From: Acidobacteriota bacterium
GTDB taxonomy: Bacteria; Acidobacteriota; Vicinamibacteria; Vicinamibacterales; UBA823
Assembly: GCA_002730525.1 (NCBI GenBank)
Contig: PCAK01000005.1
Location: 1,280 to 65,279, forward strand
Direction: 5' to 3'
DNA length: 64,000 bases
Shown here: positions 51,027-59,980 of the stretch, piece by piece
How positions within the stretch are numbered: position 1 is the stretch's first letter
How the letters are laid out: each line of letters begins with the position of its first letter
Notes under the pieces: model-generated
The model's input: only the letters and a program-made list of their open reading frames with translations
What the model was told of the DNA's origin: nothing
Database searches by the model: none
Made by a program: the position numbers and the translations under genes

Positions 51027-51331
51027 CACAGCGCGTTCGTCATGATCTGCCAAATCAGGTCGAATAGCTCCGGGTCGTTCCGCCAGCCAGTCGGCCGATC
51101 GCCTGAAGCTGCTCCGTCTCCCGGCGCTGCTCGTCGAGCGCGGGTACAGCGGCACCATCGGTCCGAGCCTTCTTGGCCAGCGGCCCTTAGCTCCCCCCGG
51201 GGCGGGTCCAGCGTCGTGTCACGGCCAGGGCGCGGCCGTTCGGGCTTCGACGCGCGTCGAGTATGCTACAGCCTGCCGACGGCGTCCACTGGCCCACGAC
51301 CGCCGCTCGACGAACTTCAGGTTCTGACCCG

Positions 51332-52987
51332 ATGACCACCGCCCCGCCGATCTTGATCGTGGCCAGCGGAGATTCACGGCCAAGTGCCAACCGCCGCTGC
51401 TGGCCGGCGCAGCAGGCGCTCGAGGCGATCGTCCAGTCGACGCTGTCCGACCTTGGCCACACGACCCGGCGCGCGCACGCTCCGGACCCCGAGGCAGGTC
51501 ACGGCTTCATCGACGGGCAGGCGCGCGGGCTCGAGGTCTTTCGAGCGATCGACCCGCAGGTGCCCCTCATCGTCACGACCGCGGTCTGGCAGTACTCGAG
51601 CCACGTCCTGGCCGGACTGCTACGCCACCGCGCGCCGATCTTGACGCTCGCCAACTGGAGCGGCGAATGGCCCGGTCTCGTCGGACTGCTCAATCTGAAT
51701 GGCTCGCTGACCAAGGCTGGCATCGCCTACAGCAGCATCTGGAGCGTCGATTTCCAGGACGACTTCGCCCGGCGCGGACTCGCCGAGTGGCTCAGCGGTG
51801 GCCGCATCGTCCATGACACGTCTCACGCGCGGCCGCTCGACACTCACCGCTGGCCGCTGGAGTGCCAGGAGTTCGAGGTGCGCGGGCGGGCGGGCGGCTC
51901 GCACCTCCGCGCCGACCGCGCGCTCCTGGGCGTGTTCGACGAAGGCTGCATGGGCATGTTCAACGCGATCGTCCCCGATCACCTGCTCCACCCCCTCGGC
52001 CTCTTCAAGGAGCGCCTCAGCCAGTCGGCGCTCTACGCCGCGATGCGCGAGGTCGACGACGCGACGGCGCGCGGCCACTACGAGTGGCTACGGCAGCGCG
52101 GCATGCAGTTCCGCTTCGGGCCCGATCCGGCGGCGGACCTCACCGAGGACCAGGTGATCGAGGGCCTGAAGATGTACGACGCGGCCGCGACGCTGGCCGA
52201 CCGGTTCGGCTGCGACGCCATCGGTATCCAGTATCAGCAGGGATTGAAGGACGTCTGTGTCGCGTCGGATCTCGCCGAGGGGCTGCTGAACAACCCCGAC
52301 CGCCCGCCGGTCGTCGGCGACGGCGGACGGCCGGTCTTCGAAGGGCGCGCGATTCCGCATTTCAACGAAGTCGACGAGTGCGCTGGCGTCGATGCGCTCC
52401 TGACCAATCGCGCCTGGACGGCGCTCGAGCTCGACCCATCGACGACGCTGCACGACGTTCGCTGGGGCGAGGCCGTCCACGACCACGGGGTCGATGAGTT
52501 CGTCTGGGTCTTCGAGATCTCAGGGGCCGCCCCCGCCAGCCACTTCATCGACGGCTACGCCGGTGCTGTCGGCGAGCGCCAGCCGGCCATGTACTTTCCA
52601 CGTGGCGGCTCGACACTGAAGGGCGTGAGCCGGCCGGGCGAGATCGTCTGGAGCCGGATCTACGTGGCGGACGACATGCTCAAGATGGATATCGGTCGCG
52701 GCGGCGTCGTCCGACTGCCTGACGAGGAAACCGAGCGACGCTGGCGTCTGACGACGCCGCACTGGCCGATCATGCACGCCGTACTATACGGCGTCACTCG
52801 CGACCAGCTGATGGCGAAGCATCAGTCGAACCATGTGCAGGTGGCCTACGCGCCCGACGCGACACGGGCGCGGCAGGCGCTGATCATGAAGGCGGCGATG
52901 GCGCGCGAGCTGGGCCTCCAGGTCATGCTCTGCGGCGACGTCGACGACGATCTCGCTCGGCACCAGGCCGCCGAGTTTCGTTCGTGA
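51332..52987 (+). CDS. L-fucose/D-arabinose isomerase-like protein
   Basis: [60 protein letters not shown]. Confidence 0.8.
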   Translation: MTTAPPILIVASGDSRPSANRRCWPAQQALEAIVQSTLSDLGHTTRRAHAPDPEAGHGFIDGQARGLEVFRAIDPQVPLIVTTAVWQYSSHVLAGLLRHRAPILTLANWSGEWPGLVGLLNLNGSLTKAGIAYSSIWSVDFQDDFARRGLAEWLSGGRIVHDTSHARPLDTHRWPLECQEFEVRGRAGGSHLRADRALLGVFDEGCMGMFNAIVPDHLLHPLGLFKERLSQSALYAAMREVDDATARGHYEWLRQRGMQFRFGPDPAADLTEDQVIEGLKMYDAAATLADRFGCDAIGIQYQQGLKDVCVASDLAEGLLNNPDRPPVVGDGGRPVFEGRAIPHFNEVDECAGVDALLTNRAWTALELDPSTTLHDVRWGEAVHDHGVDEFVWVFEISGAAPASHFIDGYAGAVGERQPAMYFPRGGSTLKGVSRPGEIVWSRIYVADDMLKMDIGRGGVVRLPDEETERRWRLTTPHWPIMHAVLYGVTRDQLMAKHQSNHVQVAYAPDATRARQALIMKAAMARELGLQVMLCGDVDDDLARHQAAEFRS

Positions 52988-53003
52988 TCCGCATACCGGC
53001 TGA

Positions 53004-54659
53004 ATGACGATGGGTCGCACCCCTCCACCCTGCGCCGTCGGACTCGACTTCGGCACGGCGTCGTGCCGGGCCGTCATCGTCGAGATGGCGACCGGTCGCC
53101 AACTGGCAACCGCGGTCGCGGACTATCCGCACGGCGTGATCGACCGCGAGCTGCCCGGCGGCGGTACCCTCGGCGTCGACTGGGCACTCCAGCATCCGAC
53201 GGACTACCTGACCGCGCTGACCGCCGCCGTGACTGAAGCCCGGCGTGAGGCTGGAGCCGCCGCCGACACGATCGCGGGCATCGGCATCGACTTCACGGCG
53301 TCGACGGTGCTGCCGATCGACTCGGAGGGTCAGGCCCTCTGCCTCCGTCCGGAATTCGCGGGGCGTCCGCACGCCTGGGTCAAGCTCTGGAAGCACCACG
53401 CGGCCCAGCCCCAAGCCGACCGGATTAATGAAGTCACCACGGCGCGCGGCGAGCGCTTTCTCGACGACTACGGCGGCCGGACCTCGTCGGAGTGGCTCGT
53501 GGCCAAGGCGTTGCAGATCCTCGACGAGGATCCGGAGATCTTCGAGTCCGCGGCCGGCATCGTCGAAGCCGCCGACTGGACCACCAGTCAACTCACCGGC
53601 ACGTTGGTCCGAAACGCCTGCGGCGCGGGCTACAAGGGACTCTGGAGTCGCGCCCACGGGTTTCCGCCGGCGGAGTTCTTCGAGGCCCTCGATCCACGGA
53701 TGCGAGACTTCGTCCGTGACAAACTGCCGGGCGAAATCGTGGCGCCGGGACAGGTCGTCGGCGGCCTGACCGAGGCGTGGGCATCGCGGCTCGAACTCGA
53801 AGCCGGAACGCCGGTGGCGGCGCCGATCATCGACGCGCATGCCGGCGTGCTGGGCGCCACGGTCGTCACGCCCGGCCGGATGGTCATCGTGCTGGGCACG
53901 TCGACATGCCACATGCTCCTGGCCGACCGGCATGCGCCGGTCGAAGGCGTGGCGGGCATCGTGCGGGATGGGATCGTCGAGGGACTGTACGGCTACGAAG
54001 CCGGCCAGGCTGCCGTCGGCGACATCTTCGGCTGGTTCGCCGGCTTGGTCGGGTCGCCCGCAAGCGACAGCGCCTCAACCTTCGCCCGCCTCGAAACCGC
54101 AGCGGCGGCGACGGGACCGGGCGGCAACGGTTTGGTCGCGCTCGACTGGTGGAACGGCAACCGATCGGTCCTGGCCAACGCCGACCTCTCGGGGCTGATC
54201 ATTGGGCTGTCGCTGCAGACGACCGCGGGCGAGCTGTATCGCAGCCTGATCGAGGCCACGGGGTTCGGCACCCGGAGGATTCTCGACGCGTTCGAGGCCG
54301 AACAGATCCCGGTCACTGAACTGGTGGCAACCGGTGGACTGGCCGAGCGGAGTCCGCTGCTGCTCCGGATCTACGCCGACATCACGCAGCGTCCGATCCG
54401 ACTCGCGGCCTCACCGAACGCGTCGGCACTCGGCGCGGCGATCCTTGGTGCGCTGGCTGCCGGTGCCGAGCGGGGCGGTCACGGATCGCTCGAGGCCGCC
54501 GTCGAGCAGATGGCCGGCCTCGCGACCGAGACGATCGAGCCGGACGGTGAAGCGGCGCGGCAGTACGAGGCGCTCTACAAGGAGTACCTCGAGTTGCACG
54601 ACCACTTCGGCCGTGGTGGCAGCGCCGTCATGTCCCGCCTCCGACGGCTGCGACGGTGA
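53004..54659 (+). CDS. araB: Ribulokinase
   Basis: GLDFGT, ALQHPTDY, GIDFTAST, KLWKHH, SSEW, IIDAH, GTSTCH, LDWWNGNRS. Confidence 0.92.
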   Translation: MTMGRTPPPCAVGLDFGTASCRAVIVEMATGRQLATAVADYPHGVIDRELPGGGTLGVDWALQHPTDYLTALTAAVTEARREAGAAADTIAGIGIDFTASTVLPIDSEGQALCLRPEFAGRPHAWVKLWKHHAAQPQADRINEVTTARGERFLDDYGGRTSSEWLVAKALQILDEDPEIFESAAGIVEAADWTTSQLTGTLVRNACGAGYKGLWSRAHGFPPAEFFEALDPRMRDFVRDKLPGEIVAPGQVVGGLTEAWASRLELEAGTPVAAPIIDAHAGVLGATVVTPGRMVIVLGTSTCHMLLADRHAPVEGVAGIVRDGIVEGLYGYEAGQAAVGDIFGWFAGLVGSPASDSASTFARLETAAAATGPGGNGLVALDWWNGNRSVLANADLSGLIIGLSLQTTAGELYRSLIEATGFGTRRILDAFEAEQIPVTELVATGGLAERSPLLLRIYADITQRPIRLAASPNASALGAAILGALAAGAERGGHGSLEAAVEQMAGLATETIEPDGEAARQYEALYKEYLELHDHFGRGGSAVMSRLRRLRR

Positions 54660-55179
54660 GCAGAAAGGTGTTCTGAAACGATGACCGAAACGGTATGACC
54701 CTTTGGACATTTTCGAGTTTTCGTCAGTCGCTGTGTTTCTGAATTGCACAAGGCATGGAGTTCAGCCGGCAAGGCGACCGGGCGGCCTCGGCGGAAAGAT
54801 CGCGGTAAATAACTGACCCAACTGTGGTTGGCTCAGGTCGCCACCATCCGGCGGCCGATGGCAGTGAACTTGCTGCATTTCCTGGCGATGCGCTGGGGCA
54901 CAACCCCGGCGCCTGGACCACCGTTCGAGGCGACATGTCGCCCGAACTCCGAGGTCGCGCCCGGCGCTTCGGCGCCGAACGCGACCGACGGACCAGGAGA
55001 GGACTCGTACGGGCCGGATGGCGGGAGAGACTCGCAAGTTCGTCTGGGATTGACGATAGGACTCGACCGCGACGTCGGTGGCGCTGCACGTCTACGGCGG
55101 CGAGATGGGCCGCTGCAACCTCTTCGGCCGGCGAGCCGAAGGCGAGACCCGAATCGATAGAGGCCAGCCCCAAACCCGT

Positions 55180-55446
55180 CTACTCGTCGTAGGCGAGCGC
55201 ATCCTTCAGCCACCGATCGCTCGGCAGCGACATCAGGCGATACCGGCTCTTCAGCCGCGCGACCCGATCGGCGTAGTCCCTCTTCGGAAAGTCCCCTCGC
55301 AGCATCGCCTCGCGCAGCGACCTCAATTCGTAGAGATAGAGCGTGGTGACGTGGTCCTTGGCCAGGGCCGGAGGTGTGGCCCTCGTGGGGCGGACGCCGT
55401 GCGCTGCGAGCGTGTCCAGGATCTCTGGGCGGTAGTCGAAAGGCAT
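55180..55446 (-). CDS. Small hypothetical protein
   Basis: 88-aa helical ORF (YRPEIL..HGVRP..LYLYELR..YADRV..RY) co-oriented downstream of lacD. Confidence 0.65.
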   Translation of the reverse strand: MPFDYRPEILDTLAAHGVRPTRATPPALAKDHVTTLYLYELRSLREAMLRGDFPKRDYADRVARLKSRYRLMSLPSDRWLKDALAYDE

Positions 55447-55496
55447 GACACGCCGGGGCGTCCCGCGGACATCCCGGCCGTGGAAAGATCGAACGC

Positions 55497-56507
55497 TCAG
55501 GCGAGCGCGTCGGCTGACGCCACGCCGTAGGCGCCGAACCACGGGCTGGCGACCTTGAGCCGGTCGTTGACGTTACCGATGTTCTCGACGCCCTCACCTT
55601 CGAGCCAGCTCGTAAACGCCGCGATCCCCTGCTTCGCGTAGACGGGGATCCCTTCCTTCCAGGTCGCTCGGCCGCACAGCACGCCCGAGAACTTCACGCC
55701 CGACTCACCGGCCAGCTCGAGCGACTCCGTGAACTCGGCGTTGCTGACCCCGGCCGACAGGTAGATGAACGGCTTGGTCGCCACGGCGGCAGCCGCCCGG
55801 AAGTGCTCCAGGGCCTCGTCCCGCGAGTAGGCAGCCGTACCGCCGAAGGCCGCCGCGCCCTCGACGCACTTCATGTTGACCGGCACCTCGACCTTCATCA
55901 CGTCGACGCCGTAGCGGTCCTGCGTGAACTCGGCCATGCTCCGCTTCACGACATCGGGCTTGATCTTGGCGTAGTCGGGCCCCTTCTCGTCTCCGCCAGC
56001 CGGGTCGTAGCCGACCGGCTCGAGGAAGAACGGGATATCGTTCGCCCGGCACTCGTCGCCGATCCGCTCGATGAACGCGTGCTTCTGCTGATTGATATCG
56101 TCCTGCTCGAACGGCGTGTAGTACAGAAGGATCTTGATGCAGTTCGCACCCTCGCCCTTCAGCTGACGCACCGACCACCCCGGCAGCAGACCCGGTAGGC
56201 GCCCCGGCTGGGTGTTGTCGTAACCGCTCTCCTCGTAGGCGAGCAGGAGGCCGGCGTCCTTCGCGCGCTTCTTCGACGCAGCGAGGCCCCACTGCGGGTC
56301 GAGCAGGATCGCGCTGGCGTGGGACGTCAACACCTCGGTCACCGCGCCCTTGAACTCTTCCATCATCGCGTCGCTGACGTCGCCGCCCTTCTCCTTGGCG
56401 AGCGCCTTCTGAAGCGAGCCGCGTTGATCCATTGCCGCGGCGGCTATCGCGCCCCGCGCATCCGATACGGCCTGCATTCCGGCCAATTTCCCCGGTGTCA
56501 TCTTCAC
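55497..56507 (-). CDS. lacD: Tagatose-1,6-bisphosphate aldolase (class I, LacD family)
   Basis: AMDQRGSL, ILLDP, YEESGYD, KILLYY, KVEVP, YLSAGV, GVLCGRATW. Confidence 0.92.
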   Translation of the reverse strand: MKMTPGKLAGMQAVSDARGAIAAAAMDQRGSLQKALAKEKGGDVSDAMMEEFKGAVTEVLTSHASAILLDPQWGLAASKKRAKDAGLLLAYEESGYDNTQPGRLPGLLPGWSVRQLKGEGANCIKILLYYTPFEQDDINQQKHAFIERIGDECRANDIPFFLEPVGYDPAGGDEKGPDYAKIKPDVVKRSMAEFTQDRYGVDVMKVEVPVNMKCVEGAAAFGGTAAYSRDEALEHFRAAAAVATKPFIYLSAGVSNAEFTESLELAGESGVKFSGVLCGRATWKEGIPVYAKQGIAAFTSWLEGEGVENIGNVNDRLKVASPWFGAYGVASADALA

Positions 56508-56645
56508 CTGACGTCTCCTCGTGCTGTGCCGCGCACACCCATCGGACTGCCCATCTCCCGGCGCCCGCGCGACCGTCCATCGGCTATTGTAGCTCCTCCA
56601 CCCACCGCCGCACACCGGCGCCGGTGCACGCGCGTGCGGCGTTCG

Positions 56646-59600
56646 TCACGGATCCCGGCTGAGGATGATCGCCGGCACGCCCTTGCTCCTCACCAGTTCG
56701 TTGAACCGTGGCAGTTCCGCACCAAGTGTCACCTCGACCTGCTCGAGCAGTTCCGCCAAGCCCGGACGGGCGTCGGCGAAGCGCTCACGCGCACCGGCCG
56801 ACGGACGTCGGTCGGTCTCGGCCACGGTGTTGTAGAGCACCACGAACTGGTTGTCGAGCCGTCCCGGGAAGTTCAGGGCATCCTGCCCCCCTTCCCCGTC
56901 GAGCTGGGTCAGCTCGCCTTCGATCGCGGTGAGACGCTCGCTCAGCTCCGTCGCCGCACGAGCCACGTCGTCGCCGTGACCGGCTCGCTCCAGCCGGTCG
57001 CCGATCTCGGCCGCCTGTGACTTGACCTCTCGCAGTCGAAGCAGCTCCGCATACAGGTCGGCGATCCGAAGCCCCACCTCCTTGGCAAGATCGAGCTGCT
57101 CCCGATATTCGGCGAGCGTAGTTTCCACCCGCGGGTCGGCGTGCACCTCGAACGACTGAGTGGCGCTCCAGTCGCCCACCCTCACCCGTACCTGATAGGT
57201 GCCCGGGACGACCCGGGGCGCACCCTCCGAACCGCCCCACATCACGATCCCCTCGGGGATCTCGAACAGCGGCGCATACCGCGCGTTCCATGCGACCTGG
57301 TTCAAGCCCGGCGACAGCGTCACGGTGTCGTCGTCGTCGGCCGACTCGCCAGACTCCGATTCACCCTCGACCCGTCCCGAGAAGCCGCGGACGACGTCGC
57401 CGGCATCATCGAGCACGTCGATCGCGACCTCCCCCTCGGGCGCCTCGGCAAGGTAGAGAAAGAACGTTGCCGGCCCAGCGCCGCTTCGAAACGCGGCGGC
57501 AGGCGTGAAAAGCCGCGGCCGATCGGTCGGCGTGCCCGGATCGAGTTGCCGGACGACCGCCAGGTCGTCGAGTACCCAGAACGCTCGCCCCTGGGTGGCC
57601 ACCACCAGATTGCCCTCGTGCACAGCCAGATCCGTCACCGGAGTCACGGGGAGGTTCAACTGCAGCGGCTGCCAACGCGCCCCGTCGTCGAACGAGACGT
57701 ACAACCCGAACTCGGTGCCCGCGTAGAGCAGGCCGCGCCGCTCGGGATCCTCCCGCACGACCCGCACGAAATGATCGGCCGGGATGCCGTTCCGGCCGTC
57801 GGTCAGTCGGCTCCAGGTCGCGCCGTAGTCGCTGGTCTGGAAGATGTAGGGGGCAAAGTCATCCTGCCGGTACCGGTAGACCGCGACGTGCGCCCGCCCC
57901 GCGTCGTGGGCCGACAGGTCGATCACGTTGACGACGCCGGACGAGGGCATGCCGTCGGGAGTGATCTCGCTCCACGTCTCACCGCTGTCACGCGTGAGGT
58001 GGACCCGTCCATCATCGGACCCCGCCCAGAGAAGGCCTGCCGCGTGCGGCGACTCCTCGAGCGCGAAGATGGTGCCGTAGACTTCGACGCCCGTGTTGTC
58101 GCGAGTGATGCCGGCGCCGCCGGAATAGTCCAGCGTGACGGGGTCGGCCCGCGTGAGATCGGGGCTGATGACCTCCCAGCTGTGGCCGCCGTCGCGGGTG
58201 CGGTGCACGACCTGCGAGGTGTGGTAGAGGACATCGGGATCGTGCGGGGAGATCCGGATGGGCGCGTTCCACTGAAAGCGGTACTTCATGTCGGCCGCGC
58301 GCTGACCCGTCTGCGAGTCGGGATAGGCGCGGATGCTCTCGCGGATCCTCGTGCGGACGTTCATCCGCGTAATCGTGCCGCCGTAGCTGCCGGCGAAGAC
58401 GATGTCAGGATCCCGGGGATCCACCGCAATGTGCCCGCTCTCACCGCCGCCCACCGAGTAGAAGTTGCCTGGTCCGCGGCTCGACACCGACGCCGTGCTG
58501 TTGTCCTGCTGGGCGCCATAGACCCGGTACGGAAACTGGTCGTCGACGGTGACCCGATAGATCTCCGCCGTCGGCTGGTTCTGTTGAGTCGACCAGGCGC
58601 GCCCGCCGGTAAATGAGACGTTCGCGCCGCCGTCGTTCGCGTTGATCATCACGGACGGGTCTTCCGGGTTGAGCCAAAGATCATGATTGTCGCCATGTGG
58701 CACGGCAATCCGCTCGTAGGTGCGCCCACCGTCGGTCGACTTGTAGAAGCCCGTGTTGAGCGCGTAGACGGTGTCGGCATCGATCGGATCGGCGTAGATG
58801 TGGATGTAGTACCACGCCCGCTGCAGCAGGCGGCGCTCGCGGTTCACCCGCTGCCACGTCTCCCCGGCGTCGTCAGACCGATAGACACCACCCTCACCGT
58901 CAGCGGCCTCGATGAGCGCCCAGACGCGGTCGGGATCCGCCGGCGAGACCGACACCGACGTCTTGCCCACCATTACCCCGGTGGGTAACCCGCCCTCCAG
59001 GCGCGCCCACGTGTCTCCGCCGTCAGTCGTCTTGTAGATCCCACCGTCCATGCTGCCGCTGTCGATCGACCAGGGCGAGCGGCGGACCGCCCACGTCCCC
59101 GCGTACAGGACACGCGGATTCGACGGGTCCATCGAGAGGTCGACGGCCCCGGTGCGGTCACTGACGGCCAGAACGTGTTCCCATGTCTCACCGCCGTCCT
59201 GCGACCGGAAGACACCGCGCATGTCGCTAGGACCGAATAGATTGCCGAGCACCGCCACGTAGACGAGGTCGTGGTTCGTCGGATGCACGCGGATCTTGCC
59301 AATCTGCCCCGCGTCTGGCAGACCCGCGTGGCGCCAGGTCTTGCCGGCATCGGTCGAGCGGTACATGCCGACGCCAGGTGAGATGTTCCCGCGCGGGCAC
59401 GCCGAGCCGGTGCCGACGTAGACGACATTCAGATCCGACTCGGCGACGGCGACCGCACCGATCGAGCCTGCCGCGAAGGTCTCGTCAGAAATCGGGTCCC
59501 ACGACTGCCCCGCGTTGACCGTCTTCCAGACGCCGCCTCCGGTCGATCCGAGGTAGTAGACGAGCGGGTCGCCGACAATACCGGTGACCGCCGTCGAGCG

Positions 59601-59801
59601 TCCACCGCGCGTGAAGTCGAGTTGGCGGTACTCGAGTGTCTCGAACAGCTCCGAATCGACCGAGACGTTCCCATCCTCTCCTGGTGCGACGGCCTGCGCG
59701 TGGAGGTGCGCCGACACGATGAAGACGACGCCGATCACGAAGAGGACCGCCCGAGAAACACCTTGGAACGGGTTCAACCTGCTGGATGAAGACGCGGACA
59801 T
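56646..59801 (-). CDS. Secreted VPS10/BNR-repeat glycosyl-hydrolase-like protein
   Basis: Repeated S/T-x-D-x-G-x-T-W Asp-boxes, GGRSTAV, HGDNH, YRFQWNAP, ATQGRAFW. Confidence 0.88.
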   Translation of the reverse strand: MSASSSSRLNPFQGVSRAVLFVIGVVFIVSAHLHAQAVAPGEDGNVSVDSELFETLEYRQLDFTRGGRSTAVTGIVGDPLVYYLGSTGGGVWKTVNAGQSWDPISDETFAAGSIGAVAVAESDLNVVYVGTGSACPRGNISPGVGMYRSTDAGKTWRHAGLPDAGQIGKIRVHPTNHDLVYVAVLGNLFGPSDMRGVFRSQDGGETWEHVLAVSDRTGAVDLSMDPSNPRVLYAGTWAVRRSPWSIDSGSMDGGIYKTTDGGDTWARLEGGLPTGVMVGKTSVSVSPADPDRVWALIEAADGEGGVYRSDDAGETWQRVNRERRLLQRAWYYIHIYADPIDADTVYALNTGFYKSTDGGRTYERIAVPHGDNHDLWLNPEDPSVMINANDGGANVSFTGGRAWSTQQNQPTAEIYRVTVDDQFPYRVYGAQQDNSTASVSSRGPGNFYSVGGGESGHIAVDPRDPDIVFAGSYGGTITRMNVRTRIRESIRAYPDSQTGQRAADMKYRFQWNAPIRISPHDPDVLYHTSQVVHRTRDGGHSWEVISPDLTRADPVTLDYSGGAGITRDNTGVEVYGTIFALEESPHAAGLLWAGSDDGRVHLTRDSGETWSEITPDGMPSSGVVNVIDLSAHDAGRAHVAVYRYRQDDFAPYIFQTSDYGATWSRLTDGRNGIPADHFVRVVREDPERRGLLYAGTEFGLYVSFDDGARWQPLQLNLPVTPVTDLAVHEGNLVVATQGRAFWVLDDLAVVRQLDPGTPTDRPRLFTPAAAFRSGAGPATFFLYLAEAPEGEVAIDVLDDAGDVVRGFSGRVEGESESGESADDDDTVTLSPGLNQVAWNARYAPLFEIPEGIVMWGGSEGAPRVVPGTYQVRVRVGDWSATQSFEVHADPRVETTLAEYREQLDLAKEVGLRIADLYAELLRLREVKSQAAEIGDRLERAGHGDDVARAATELSERLTAIEGELTQLDGEGGQDALNFPGRLDNQFVVLYNTVAETDRRPSAGARERFADARPGLAELLEQVEVTLGAELPRFNELVRSKGVPAIILSRDP

Positions 59802-59935
59802 GGCAACCTCCCTGCGAAACGATCGGCCCGGAGCGCCAGCCGATGAGGCCGACGACCGGTCGCGCGGACGCGCGGTCGCTCGTGCGGCGCAAGCGAGGAG
59901 TAGTGCCGCAGTCGCACGGGCCGACGAGGCCTTCG

Positions 59936-59941
59936 ATTATA
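59936..59941 (-). promoter_or_regulatory. Putative -10 hexamer for the VPS10 gene
   Basis: TATAAT on the minus strand in the divergent intergenic region. Confidence 0.35.
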
Positions 59942-59980
59942 CCCCCGGCTCCGCAGCGGTGCTCATGGTACGCTGGGCGC

